Positions 12,956-25,476 of a stretch of 64,000 bases of DNA are shown here, piece after piece. This DNA comes from Octopus vulgaris (Eukaryota): positions 32,922,001 to 32,986,000 of the forward strand of contig OX597817.1 of NCBI GenBank assembly GCA_951406725.2, written 5' to 3'. A program made the translations under genes and the position numbers. Position 1 is the first letter of the stretch; the number at the start of each line of letters is the position of its first letter. The notes under the pieces were generated by a model, which was not told the DNA's origin, made no database searches, and saw only the letters and a program-made list of their open reading frames with translations.

Positions 12956-13190
12956 ATTTCTTTACTACCCACAAGGGGCTAAACACAGAGGGGACAAACA
13001 AGGTCAGACAAACGGATTAAGTCGATCATATCGACCCCAGTGTGTAACTGGTACTTATTTAATCGACCCCGAAAGGATGAAAGGCAAAGTCGACCTCAGC
13101 GGAATTTGAACTCAGAACGTAGCGTCAGATGAAATACCGCTAAGCATTTCGCCCGGCGTGCTAACGATTCTGCCAGCTCGCCGCCTTTAT
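12956..13190 (-). mobile_element. Family B tRNA-derived SINE, full length, young
   Basis: GGCGGCGAGCTGGCAG head, GAGTTCAAATTCC B box; TSD TAGCACTGTAA(T/C)TACCT at 12939-12955 and 13191-13207. Confidence 0.92.
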
Positions 13191-14068
13191 TAGCACTGTA
13201 ACTACCTTGCTCTGTTGAGACTAAATCACAAATATCATCCTAAAAATGAGAAGAGAAAAAAAACAAAAAAAAGGCTTTCATTAGTTTTATGATAAGCATT
13301 TTAATTAAACTCTGTCATTTAATATTTATAAGGTTCATTAATTCTGTAATGTTTGTTTTGCCTAGCCATATCTAATTTATTCTTGAGCAATATTCTCTGT
13401 TTATTATTCATGTTGATTTTCTCAGCATATTCCCCTTTTTTCTTTACTCATCTCCCATGAGTTTGTGAACTTCCTTATGGTTTTCAGATTGACTTTAGAA
13501 GCGTGCTGGCAGTTTGTAACGTGAATGATTGCTGTTACTAATAACTCATCTTCCTTAAGTCTTGCATTGTAAGCAATGAAATCACTGAGGTTGAGATTGA
13601 ATTTCACATGTGTCTTAAATTACTAATCTTGGTAAAAAGAGTTAGAGGCCATGTTAATTAAGGATAGGAAGATTAATTATGGATAGAAAGTTTTAGCACC
13701 ATAGGCAGCAGAATAGTTTATTGTAACAACTAGTAAAGTTTATATTTAGAACACCAACCATGATACTATGGGTATCATGTCATCAAAGGATACAGTATTT
13801 AGAATAAGGGTTCTGTTACTGGACTCATTAGCATAACTAATTGTTAATAGTATCATTAGTCATTAGTCCAAGTTTGTTTATCTTGTTTTTAATTTTGTTT
13901 ACTTTTTGTCACTTTTATGTTTACATTTACACTCAAGCTTAATCATAATGAAATAGTCCGTCATTGTATATTCTGGTTGGGATTAAACTGCTCATCCTTT
14001 ATTAATCCCTGTCTGTAAATGTACTAACTAGAAACATAGGTTTGAAGTTAATATTTCAACTGATATCC

Positions 14069-14280
14069 AAGGCAGTGAGCTGGTAGAATCCTTAGCACTC
14101 CTGGCAAAATGCTTAGTGGCATTTTGTCCGTCTTTACTTCTAAGTTCAAATTCCAGCAAGGTCAGCCTTGCCTTTCTTCTTTTTGGGGTTGATAAAATAA
14201 GTACCAGTTGAACACTGGGGTCAATTTAATTGACTTAGCCCCTCCTCCAAAACCTACCGACCTTGTGTCAAAATTTGAAT
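14069..14280 (+). mobile_element. Family B SINE, older variant
   Basis: GGCAGTGAGCTGGTAG head and shared core. Confidence 0.8.
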
Positions 14281-14332
14281 TCAGTATTTCAACTGATATT
14301 TAACTCAGTTATAAAAAACACCTTATAAATAA

Positions 14333-14412
14333 ACTCACTTAAGCCTTTGCACCCCACAGAGCATAAACCATTGACAACTTTTCTCCCTCGTTCTCAACTC
14401 TGGGCTGTAATG
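14333..14412 (-). mobile_element. RTE-clade LINE extreme 3' end
   Basis: Minus translation ITAQS*ERGRKVVNGLCSVGCKGL resembles the RTE C-terminus AQDR..WR..V.GLCS. Confidence 0.45.
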
Positions 14413-14448
14413 CAGGATGTTGGCTCCTTAAGGTGGGGCTTATAGACA

Positions 14449-14827
14449 CAGGCATGGCTGTGTGGTAAGAAGTTGTTTCCCAACCACATGGTTTCAGGTT
14501 CAGCCTTACTGCATGGCACTTTGGGCATCTCTGGCCAACCAAAGCCTTGTGGGTGAATTTGGTAGACAGAAACTGAAAGAAGCCCATCTGATATACGTAT
14601 CAGTGTATGTGTGTCTTTGTATCTGTTTGTCTCCCCGTCCCACTGCTTGACAACTGTTGTTGGTATGTTTATGTCCTTATAACTTAGCAGTTCGGTGAAA
14701 GAGTCCGGTAGAAAAAGGACCAGACTTAAGATATAAATAACTACTGAGGTCAATTTATTCGACTAAAATTCTTCATGGTAGTGCCCTAACATGGCCACGG
14801 TCTAATGACTGAAACAAGTAAAAGAAA
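14449..14827 (+). mobile_element. Family A SINE
   Basis: Same head, core and tail as 4192-4616. Confidence 0.85.
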
Positions 14828-15369
14828 GTAGACAAAGATCCCCATTTGCACCCTGAGAGATGGCCCCCTTCTCTCAGGTACTGTTGGTTTAGAATTGCCA
14901 TTGATGTTTCTGTAACCTTGCTTTTCCTAGGTAGGGATATTGGCTCTATACAAGCCTATTGTTACATCTGAGAAGAGGTGATCCATATTAGTCTGGTCAC
15001 TCTCCTTTGACTTGTCCACTAGGAGTTAGTGCCTTGGAGTGTATGTTTTTGTTTCCTGGCCTTGACTTCATGTCACTGTCATACAAGTAGTGTCATTTAT
15101 TTCCAATATTCTGCAAAAACATGTCTGGCCTGGAAATGGGTGAGGACTAGCAACAAGAAGGGCATCTGGTATTAGAAAAATCTGTCTCAATAAACTCCAT
15201 CTGACCCATACAAATATGGAAAAGTTGATGTTAAAACTATAATGATAATGATGATACAATTGTAATTTTCACCTTATGATAAGCAAATTATATTGTATTC
15301 TGTATTCAGTCTTCTTTTGCTTTAGAATTTTTTAAAATCATGATACAGATAATTTTTCTGTTGCAAAAT

Positions 15370-15785
15370 CAGAGGCCAGGTCAGATGTAGGGGCATGCAC
15401 CATTGTAGCACATTGCTGCATTCATCATCTGTTGGTATATTCCCAGGCCTTCCTGGGTGATCTATTGAGCAGAATCTCAGTCGGTCCCCATCTCCACAAG
15501 ATATCTCTTCATCTGCCATGAACATATAACATATGGCCCACCAACACAAGCTGTCAATCCAGCCAGACCCTAAGTGAAGAGAACGCGATGGTAAGCAGGG
15601 TCTAAATTGGGAAATTGAGCAACATGGCCAAACCATTTGAGATGTCACTCCTGAATTGTGCTAGTAACAGGACACATTCCCATTCCTGTTGGTCGGATAT
15701 GAAATTTGACCAATGGTAATCTACAATCCCGCAAAGCATCCTGGTACCACAGGAGTTCAGACGGCTCCTAAGGACCTCAAGACTG
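15370..15785 (-). mobile_element. RTE-clade LINE ORF C-terminal fragment, decayed
   Basis: Minus translation LRSRLNSCGTRMLCGIVDYHWSNFISDQ..GMCPVTSTIQE*HLKWFGHVAQFPNLDPAYHRVL. Confidence 0.8.
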
Positions 15786-16310
15786 GGAATATAATATAGA
15801 AGAATGTAAAATATTTTGATATCACTTGAAAAATGTCATGATTGCTTAGTTTGATTTACGATTGACCAGACACGACATTTATCATTTGTAATAGGAATAT
15901 TTCTCAATTAGTAATTTGAATGTCAAACAGCTTTTTGTCAGATAGATATTACATGCGTTGTCATGTCCTTTTAAAGCCTAATTTATATGTGGTTAAAACT
16001 GAATTGGTTTTATCAGCTATGTAATGTATATGCATCATTGCATGTCTTCCAGTTTACAGCATGTTTGCTGGCTGTAAAATATTAAATCTTGTGTCATTAG
16101 CATTACATGCTACAAGTGTGCTGCTCTAATGCATTACATGTAGCCTTTGTAGAAACATTTAATGAATATCAAGGAGAAAAAGGAAGAAAATAATGAAGTT
16201 TAATGCTATTTAGATACATAGAACCAGTATTTAACAGATAAAAGATAGTGTGAGTGTACATGCATGTTCAATAAGATTTTGCCTTTGATCTGTGTGTATG
16301 TGAGTGAGTG

Positions 16311-16355
<45 letters not shown>

Positions 16356-17199
16356 AATTGGAGATATAATCAATTTATTTGCTCCTAACTCTGGAAAGAT
16401 AAAAGCCAAATTAGCTCCAGGGCCCTTTTGAACTTTGAATTCTTGAGATATTGAACTTCAAATTTTGTAAAATATCTATTTCAGCTTTCTGTTAGCTATA
16501 GTCTGTCTATATTTTACACTATCTATGAATAAATGTGTGTGATAAACACTTAGAGCATTAAGATAGAAAGAAAAAGTTTATAAATTCTATTTAGCCAATT
16601 GCCTAATTTCTTTACTATTTCAGTAGTGATTACATATTTAACACACACACACATACTTCTGCTCCACCTTATTTGAAGGGCCTTTCAACTATATTATTTC
16701 TCTATCAGAATGGTCTTAATAGATCTGTATACTTAGATTTTATGGATGTACTATAATGAATTCATGTACACTTACTATTATTTTTTTCTTGAATATGATT
16801 TTCTGGTCATTGCCATTAGTATTTTCAACACTGAATTTGCATGCCTTGCTGTTTTATATATATATTTGTGTTAAAAATAAATAAATAAATAAATAAATAA
16901 TAGTGCTGCTGCTTTCATAAATAATTTTCGCCTAATCATTATTCATTATATTCTGTCTGTGTTCGTAGGAATATCGGTATGTTGGTTCTGTCTTTTATTG
17001 CAAGAGTCTGCTACGGCTACATATGTTGCATTCTATTGTTCTCTGCTCTTTATCAGAAAATTCTTTCCTCAAGTGCTTTCTTCTGCTATGAGTCAATTTT
17101 ATCCCTTGCATCATTCTCAATTCGTTCTTCCAATCCCTTTTTCTTTTGTGCTCTGTCCCTCCCTTTCCCAGTATCAACACGAGTACCATGCCTAACAAA

Positions 17200-19100
17200 C
17201 CGTTGTTGCTTGCCTTTCTACTATTGATAGCAATGTTGATGCTAATGTTGATTGATAACTAGCAGTTCTCCCACGTTTTTAAGCCCCCCTCCCCTTCTTC
17301 ATCTCCGCCACTTCTGTTACTCTTTCCTACCTTCGCAACAGAGCAGACAAAACTTGCTGCTTAATAGGTTTTATTCTTTGATTTTCTATTACCACTCCCC
17401 CTAATTAAACGAGTTGCAAGCCGTTAAACAGACTCCAAACCTGCGTTTATAGAAAGGAGAAAAGTTGAAAACAAAAGAAAAATAAAATAGATAATGGTAA
17501 ACTGCTTCTGCAGCTTTACCGAAACTATAATGAAAAGGCAACACACATGAAAGGAAATATATATTTAGATAGGGAGAGGGTGGTGGTAAAGGGAGGCTTT
17601 GGTGTATATATGATGGCAGCGGTGCTGGTTATAAAATATATCATGTTGGTGAATAAAGGTGTTCCCTCTTTGATTATCTCTCGTATATATATATCTATCG
17701 TTTATATTACTAATTTTCGAACCGAGCTTGAAAAATTCTAAATAGAAAAGAGAAATAACGTACAATAAACCTTCTCGATAAAAGTATATATCTTATGTAT
17801 TAGATTAGTGCTGAAAATTTATTTCAATATTCATTAGATTTAAAAAAACAAAAAACAAAAGAAGAGGAAACGAAAAAGATACTGAGTTAATACTGATATC
17901 CTAACTTTTACTTTGGCGTTTTAAAAGGTGTAAAGTTTATTTTGAGTAAGAGAGAAAGTACTCGCGGGAGCAAGCGTGCGCTCACGAGCTATTTCCCACT
18001 TCCTCCCATCTCTCTCTCTAATTGGTTACTCAACTTAGTAACAGAAAAATTTTCACCGTCTCATAAGTATGTATTATAATTAGTTTATTATCTAGATATT
18101 CTCCCAAATTAGCATTTAATAACGATCTAATTACCCTAAACATATGCACAAACATGCTTGTTTTAGAATACACACGACGCGCGCGCACTCACATTGCATT
18201 CCTTGTTTTATAGTTCTTATGTACTTGTATGAAAATAATTGTAAAAATATATTAGGATCTTTGGATCTTTACCTTTTGACCTAGTATCGTTAATGAGTTA
18301 ATTATTTAAATCACTTTATAAAGAATAAGCATTCAAATTAATTTATTTACAATATTTGCTGCACCTGTTCCGTGTTTTAAAAGATGAAACGAAGACACTA
18401 ACAGCCGGCATAAAGTTGACAAATATTCTACATCTTCTAATGTATCTGTACGAAAATTTATTTGGTTGATTCAGAGTAAGACAGTCTAGTGATCTATAAA
18501 AGTCTTAATTTTTAGAATATCTCCATCTAGTGATCTATAAAAGTCTTAATTTTTAGAATATCTCCATCTAGTGATCTATAAAAGTCTTAATTTTTAGAAT
18601 ATCTCCATCGTGTATGAATAAAACAAATTTTCAGCAAATGTGCTTGGTATTAATTAATTTAGTGTGAAGTTCACGTTTGCCTTCCGGAAATATTAAAACT
18701 CATTATAGAGCTCTGTTATCTTGCACTTAACACATTATATACACTTAATTTGTTGCGAACTTGGATTCCGGCACTTTATTATTACATATCTTCTTTCTAT
18801 AATGTGTTTCAAAAAGTAGGGAAATATGCTAGGGCTCTCGCGTGCGCGACTCTGTGTGTGTGTGTACACACAAATATTCACTCACGTACGCATTAGTTCA
18901 TCTCTGATAGCAGCAGCTTCAATTCTGATCACTTTTGGAATTTAGTGAGTCATCGAAATCATTTTTCTTTTTCCATTCTATGAAATATTGGCACTCCAAC
19001 ACGTGTTTTACACGCATCTCTTTTTCCTTTTCCGTATGAGTAAAGCTTTACATATATTGTGATTTTAATCCAATACGTTATGCTAGAAATCAATGTTCCG
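17200..19100. promoter_or_regulatory. CpG-enriched, TE-poor, promoter-like region (possibly bidirectional)
   Basis: CTCGCGGGAGCAAGCGTGCGC, GACGCGCGCGC, TCGCGTGCGCG in CpG-depleted surroundings; outward-facing donors at 17330(-) and 18945(+). Confidence 0.5.
18485..18609. repeat. Perfect 3 x 41-bp tandem repeat
   Basis: TCTAGTGATCTATAAAAGTCTTAATTTTTAGAATATCTCCA x3. Confidence 0.95.
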
Positions 19101-19284
19101 ATCTTAATTACCAAATATTATTGATTTTTCTGACGAGGCTACAATTATACCAAAAATAGTTGGACCTAACATGAGATACTTCATACAATCTAATGGTTAG
19201 ATTTTGCAAAGATAACGTTTTCATATTGTTTACATAATTACTTGTTGCTGATACTTAAAAAGACACGTTTGTTCTGCATTAGGC

Positions 19285-19332
<48 letters not shown>

Positions 19333-19597
19333 TATAGGTATAGGCATAACTAGAGATTTCTGTGTGTGTCCCCCCCCCCCCGATTTTGGATGATTATAAG
19401 TTTCAGAAAAATGGATATTTTTTTAATGAAATTTTCTTCAAATATATGTAGATTCCGAATATACAACATTTTTTTTTTTGAGGGAAAGCGTTTTAGGAGG
19501 GAGTGAGGAGGGGAATTTCGGAAAATTCACCAGAGTCCACTTCAGTTCATCTTAATTTTCAAGAAATATTTTAATGAAATTCTCTCTCTCTCTGTAT

Positions 19598-19669
<72 letters not shown>

Positions 19670-19981
19670 TAAATAAAATTTCGGAAATGATACTGTCGCG
19701 CGGTTGAATTTCCTCTTTTTGTTATTCGATACCTAACCATTTCTTTTTAGAGTGTCCATATTTAAATTAGAACTATATTTCATATTTTATGTTAGGAACT
19801 TTGTTTTAAGTTTTGGTTCAAACACAAGCTTCATTTTGAAGAGGTTATGCATTCTATTAAATCTCTCTCTACGCATTTGATTACTTTCAAAATTAATTTA
19901 AAGACGAAGCAGTCTGTATACCTCTTGATAAATGTGGCCTCAGAAGGGGTCCTTACGAATATAATAATTAGTTAAATTTCT

Positions 19982-20176
19982 AAGGCGGCGAGCTGGCAGA
20001 AACGAAAGCACGCCGGGCGAAATTCTTAGAGGTATTTCGTCTGTCGCTACGTCGACTTAGCTTTTTATCCTTTCGGGGTCGATGGCTTAAGTATCAGTTG
20101 CGTACTGAGGTCGATCTAATAGACTGGCCTCCCTCCCCAAAAATTTCGGGCCTTGTACCTAGAGTAGAAAAGAATA
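19982..20176 (+). mobile_element. Family B SINE, internally deleted
   Basis: AAGGCGGCGAGCTGGCAG head; B-box segment missing. Confidence 0.85.
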
Positions 20177-20253
20177 ATAGGGATGTAACTAACGTTTTTT
20201 TAATGTCTGTATGAAAACTAAAACTATATTCATAGTGTTCCAGTTTTTACAGC

Positions 20254-20680
20254 TTGATTGACATAGAGCAACTCCAATCTCTGCTCAACAGACATGTTGG
20301 ACTCCGTACTATGTTCACTCCCCGCCATAGCTACTTGTGTGGCCTCTGTCCCTTGGTGCTAGTTGGTCTTGTGTTACCTACATACACCCTCACCTCAGCA
20401 CACCTATTTCACTTGGCATTCATGTTATGCCAACATCCAGCTGCTCTCATTTCTGTGTCTAGTCTTCTAGAACATCAGTTTTATAATCCACTGGCTGTTC
20501 TTGTGTCACCTCCCTTGGGCACACATTTCACTATGCTCTTCTCTTGGCACCCACATTGTGCCAAACTCTTGCTACTCTGACTAATGATTACACTTTGTCC
20601 TTCTCCAAAACATCAACTTTGGAAACCTTTCTCAACACGTTTCCTTATAGTTGTTCAAGAACAACAAACATGTCAACTCC
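20254..20680 (+). mobile_element. Decayed CR1-group LINE 3' fragment
   Basis: IDIEQLQSL..GLCPLVLVGLV..HPHC..NDYTLSF..TSTLW..VFP pattern with frameshifts. Confidence 0.6.
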
Positions 20681-20987
20681 AATAGTCTTGGGAGAGCATG
20701 GAAGGCTACAAGTATAGATCAACCAGAACAAGCCATTTGAAATTTTTCAGTGAAATATTTCTGTTTTATTCTGTAGTTGTGAACCCCTGGAAACATGTTG
20801 CAAACTGGACTCTTTGAAACATGTAATTCTCATTGTGTTGATTCTAAAATCTAAAGAATTTTTCAATTTCTTTTCATTATGGCATAGAAATTAAGTATAT
20901 TTTAGGCAAACCTGTTGAATGCTGAAATTGTTTATGTATGCACGTGTGTATATATCTATATATGTGTATGTGTATATATGTGTGTGT

Positions 20988-21047
<60 letters not shown>

Positions 21048-21480
21048 TCCATCATTGAACTGCAGCCATGTTTTTATATTACATTAGCCAGCACACACAT
21101 TGATGCTTTTAGCATATACATCTATTTTTGATATTATTTGGTAAATATCACACTAGTTTTGTCCTATCAGCTCCAGTTAATGCTATTAATTCATTTCCTA
21201 TTAGAATAAACCATTTATTACTAAATCAATTTATTTTAGCTCCAAAACTTGGAGGAAAGGAATCAAACAGAGTTGGTGTCTACTTTGGCTTCTGATGCAA
21301 TAAATTCTCCTGACAAAACATGAAGAACTTAAAGCATGGATTTTTGATGACCTTTAGATAAAAGAACTTACAAAACTCCACACATTTCGTAGTCATTTGA
21401 CAACAATGAGTTGGTGTATTGGTACTGAAAAATCACACGCATACATGCTTGCACACAAGTGAAAGAGAGAGAGAGAGAGA

Positions 21481-21710
21481 GAGGTTGCTGAAAAGTCCCT
21501 GGCTTTGGAAATACTGGAAATAAAAGAAAATACAGGAGGATCAGTTATCTTATTTTAGTTGATTGACGATATTCCCATCTCAGATTCACACACTTATTGC
21601 AACAGTCCTTCAGTTTTTCTAAGCATTGTAAAAGAAGTTTGAAGTTTGGGCCTCCAACCAGACCTTTTACAATACCCTTAAAGGCCGGAACTTTTCAGCC
21701 CCCCCCCCCC
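21481..21710. mobile_element. Mariner-type MITE
   Basis: Inverted ends GCTGAAAAGTCCCTGGCTTT / AAAGGCCGGAACTTTTCAGC. Confidence 0.7.
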
Positions 21711-21807
21711 ACATTCCACGTACTACTTGTCAAAAATTCCCTTTGGCAACCATGAGGACTTGCTCTTCACTTCTAATAAAGCTTTGCTTTAATATGAATG
21801 TCAATGT

Positions 21808-22111
21808 CAAGGTGGCACGTAAAAGCACCATCCGTTCGTGTCCATTGCCAGCCTCGCCTGGCCCCCGTGCTGGTGGCACGTAAAACCACCATCCGTTCAT
21901 GACCGTTTGCCAGCTCCGTCTGGCACCTGTGCGGGTGGCACGTAAAAAGCACCCACTACACTCACGGAGTGGTTGGCGTTAGGAAGGGCATCCAGCCGTA
22001 GAAACACTGCCAGATCTGATGCGGCCTTCCGGCTTCACAGGCCCCAGTTGAACCGTCCAACCCATGCTAGCATGGAAAACGGACGCTAAATTAAAATGAT
22101 GATGAATGATG
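21808..22111 (+). mobile_element. Family C retroposon (3 internal units)
   Basis: GGTGGCACGTAAAA x3, CATGCTAGCATGGAAA, ATG tail. Confidence 0.88.
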
Positions 22112-22446
22112 AAGGCCCTTGGCTTTCACAGGCATTTAGATCTTTTTAAAAAGCTTAATGATTTTAGTAAGGAGAACGGTGTCATTAGGGATAAATTCTG
22201 TAGAAGAATAGCTGAGCATTAGTTAATCAAAACTGAATGTTTTTACTTTATTTTTTAGTTACTGCCACAATATACCCAAGAATAACTTAACTTCTAAGGC
22301 ACTTAAATGTAAGGTTCAGTTGGAGTCTTAATTTCAGTGCATCAGTGAAAATGTCAACTTAATAAAAAAGGGGTAGCAAGTATCTTCAAAACTAGAACTG
22401 ACGGCAAAATTGGTACATTTGGAATTGTTACCCTAAATATACCCAT

Positions 22447-22647
22447 TTATTTATTTTGAGATGCTCTGTGTTTCTTTCAATTACTTTAAATATAACAAAG
22501 AATTTAGTAAAATAACTTAGTTATCATTCAGCTAGTGTTAGGAACATAAATTGTGATTAAGGTTTGGTGGAAGATTTTAATTCAAAACTTATGAGAACAA
22601 AACATTTGTACTCAGAGCCAGAGCCGGGTTGGTAACAAAAAGGTTAA
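22447..22647 (-). mobile_element. MITE family P1, one end lost
   Basis: Reverse complement of 9923-10150 body; GGTTAA end. Confidence 0.85.
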
Positions 22648-23798
22648 GCTAGTACCTTCTACTGCAGCCTCGGTTGACCAATATTTTGTGGCTGAAGTTT
22701 GGTACACTGAAAACTATGTAATTCAATGAATGTAAATTAATAAAAGAGGTATTAGACTAAAATGTAATGACTAAGACCCTTGAAAGTGGTGCTCCAGTAT
22801 GACCGCAGACCAGTGACTGAAACAAATGGTGGTGATGATGAAGATTCGGATGTGTAATATCTATGATCATATTAAATGTCTATACACCACTCTGCCCCTT
22901 TTCTTCATTACTTTCATCTGCTACCCACCCCATCCTATTAATATATATCTCCTTTACTATCACTTTCTCTTTCTCCCATCAGACTACTTGTTTGAGGAGA
23001 GGAGTGGTATCATATTTGATCTTTCCATATTCAATCCCTCACTATAACCCCTACTTTATTGCTGGTCATTACTCTCTCCCTCCCCATCACTTCCCATCTT
23101 TCATTACTGACATCCATCACTCCCACTCAGCAACACCCAACTTCATTGCTTTCCCTCCCAAACCTCATTGGTCATATCCATCCATCTGTCTGGCTGTCTC
23201 TCTCAGTACTCTCTCTTTGCTATCACTCTGTCTTCCTTTATCACACACTAATGCTGTTTCTATAACAATTATCTTGTATCACACTCCTACTAATTTCTTT
23301 CAAGTATCATCTTCCCATTCTTTTCCCTCTGGTTATCTTTTGATTACACTTTATCACTCTCTCATTCCGATGCTCTTTCATCACTTTCTCTTCTATCTGT
23401 TTGCAGTGGTAGTGATGGTGCAAGACAACACAGGGCAGAGAGAACTCTTTAGTCTTGCCAAGGACAAAACCACCTCATTAGTGTTGGTGCTGTGATAAAA
23501 TGCATCCAGTACATGCTGTAAAGTGGCTGGTGATAATAAAGACATCTGACCAGAGAACCCATGCCAAAAATGGAATACATAAGGCGGTTCTTTGACCTAT
23601 TGAGTAGAGCAGTAACTGTAAATAAGAACTGACTCAGACTGTGATGATCCATCCAGTCTATGTTAGCATAGGAAATTGGATGAAGATTGATGAGAGTGAT
23701 GATGATGCTTATTAGTCAGGAAGTCAAGGTCCTAGGTTTCATGCCAATTTTTCAAACTTTGCTAAGTATGAAACTCTAGACCCTTGAGTCATTACTGT

Positions 23799-24182
23799 GG
23801 TGGAAGCACTCCGTTGGTTACGACGATGAGGGTTCCGGTTGATCCGATCAACAGAACAGCCTGCTCGTGAAATTAACGTGTAAGTGCTGAGCACTCCACA
23901 GACACGTGTACCCTTAACGTAGTTCTCGGGGATATTCAGCGTGACACAGAGAGTGACAAGGCCGGCCCCTTGAAATACAGGTACAACAGAAACAGGAAGT
24001 AAGAGTGAGAGAAAGTTGTGGTGAAAGAGTACAGCAGGGATCACCACTATCCCTGCTGGAGCCTCGTGGAGCTTTAGATGTTTTCGCTCAATAAACACTC
24101 ACAACGCCCGGTCTGGGAATCGAAACCGCGATCCTACGACCGCGAGTCTGCTGCCCTAACCACTGGGCCATTGCGCCTCCAC
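23799..24182 (-). mobile_element. Family D tRNA-derived SINE, full length
   Basis: Minus head GGCGCAATGGCCCAGTGGTTAGGGCAGCAGACTCGCGGTC..GGTTTCGATTCC; perfect 12-bp TSD AGTCATTACTGT at 23787-23798 and 24183-24194. Confidence 0.9.
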
Positions 24183-24700
24183 AGTCATTACTGTAGTGTC
24201 TTGACTAATAAGAAACAATATATTAACTCTGTTTTATGGATTGGGTTCTGTGTCTTCTGTTTGCAAAACCAAACTTACACATACATGTGTGTATATATAC
24301 ACATGTATATGAAAGAAAGAGACACAGAGATGGGTATAGAAAAACTATTTTTGGAAGTCAGGTTGAAAGCAGTGTGTGGCAAGGAAGTAAATGTATTCAA
24401 GTGGAACCAGAAATTTGTCTAAAGGCTAATCCAGATATATGTACATAATGACCTTATTAGCAATTAACTTTTATATTAGATTAAAGCTAAGTGAGTACAG
24501 CATGCAAATGTTTTGCTTTTGGACTTAATAATTAATTCAATTTGACTCAATTTATTACCTATTTGGGGAAAGTTATCCGTGTTAAACTATCATCCTGTCC
24601 ATTGGTAGATATCTTCTCTGCTTAAGGCTACCAAAATAACTAAGTACAATCCCACTGTACCCCTAGGCTTGTCTAAAAGGACAGACTTCCTTTTTCTGTT

Positions 24701-25060
24701 TTTTATCTTTCACTTATTTCAGTCATTGGACTACAGAAATGCTAGAGTACCACCTTGAAGGGCTTCAGTAGAATGAATCAACCCCAGTACTTTCTTTTTT
24801 TAAGCCTGGTACTTACTTTAGGTCTGTTTTGCTGAACTGCTAAGTTATGAGGATGTAAATAAACCAACACTGGTTGTCAAGCAGTGGCAGGGAGATATAT
24901 GCAAAGATATACATACACATATGGTGGGCATCTTTCAGTTTCTGCTCACTGAATACACTCATAAGTCTTTTGTTGGCCCAGGGCTATAGTGGGTGCTACA
25001 CAGTGGGCCTGAACTTGGAACCATGTGGTTGGGAAGCAAACTTCTTTCCATGTGGCCATA
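24701..25060 (-). mobile_element. Family A SINE, degenerate
   Basis: Reverse complement of family A tail and head. Confidence 0.78.
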
Positions 25061-25448
25061 ACTCTTTTGTAGTAAACTTTTATTATTTTTTTAAAAATCT
25101 TTCAAATACAAATAATTTCAGGAGTTAATTGATAATTTTAACACAAAATTTGAGTTTTTCTTTCAAATTTACTTTCCCAGTTGGATATCAAATAAAATAA
25201 AAACAGAATTCTCTCTTCATTTTCAGTATCCAGTGAGCAGATGAGTTCTACTTGACTGAAAGTAGAAAATTCTACTAATTATGATACTGCTTCAACAAAT
25301 GACTAATTGTGTGCTTTATCACTGAATCAAATGTTCTATAAAAAAATAACGAGTTTTTTATAATTTATAAAATATTTTTTTCCTCTTATCTTTTAATTTG
25401 ATGTTTGTGTAAAATAAATATTTTAAACTTTTTTTCTTTTATTTCTAG

Positions 25449-25476
25449 GTAAGTAAGAACATTTAGAAATCTTCAC
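25449..25476 (+). other. Candidate recursive-splice site / 28-nt microexon
   Basis: Long T-rich tract then ctAG|GTAAGT; second donor CAC|GTAAGT at 25477. Confidence 0.4.

Noticed and set aside
18485-18609. 41-bp repeats as a CRISPR array
   Set aside because: Head-to-tail with no spacers
20919-21131. ORFs with YIYI, CVCV, LSLS or poly-I/L/N runs (here and elsewhere)
   Set aside because: Translations of microsatellites and SINE interiors
22863-23495. Longest ORF (210 aa)
   Set aside because: Pyrimidine-rich low-complexity DNA that avoids stops by composition; no recognisable domain
24105-24182. tRNA gene
   Set aside because: tRNA-like head is followed by a SINE body and bounded by a TSD; the same applies to family A and B heads
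25227-25420. Terminal exon after ttttcAG with AATAAA near 25413
   Set aside because: Only a few codons in any frame and no upstream coding partner found
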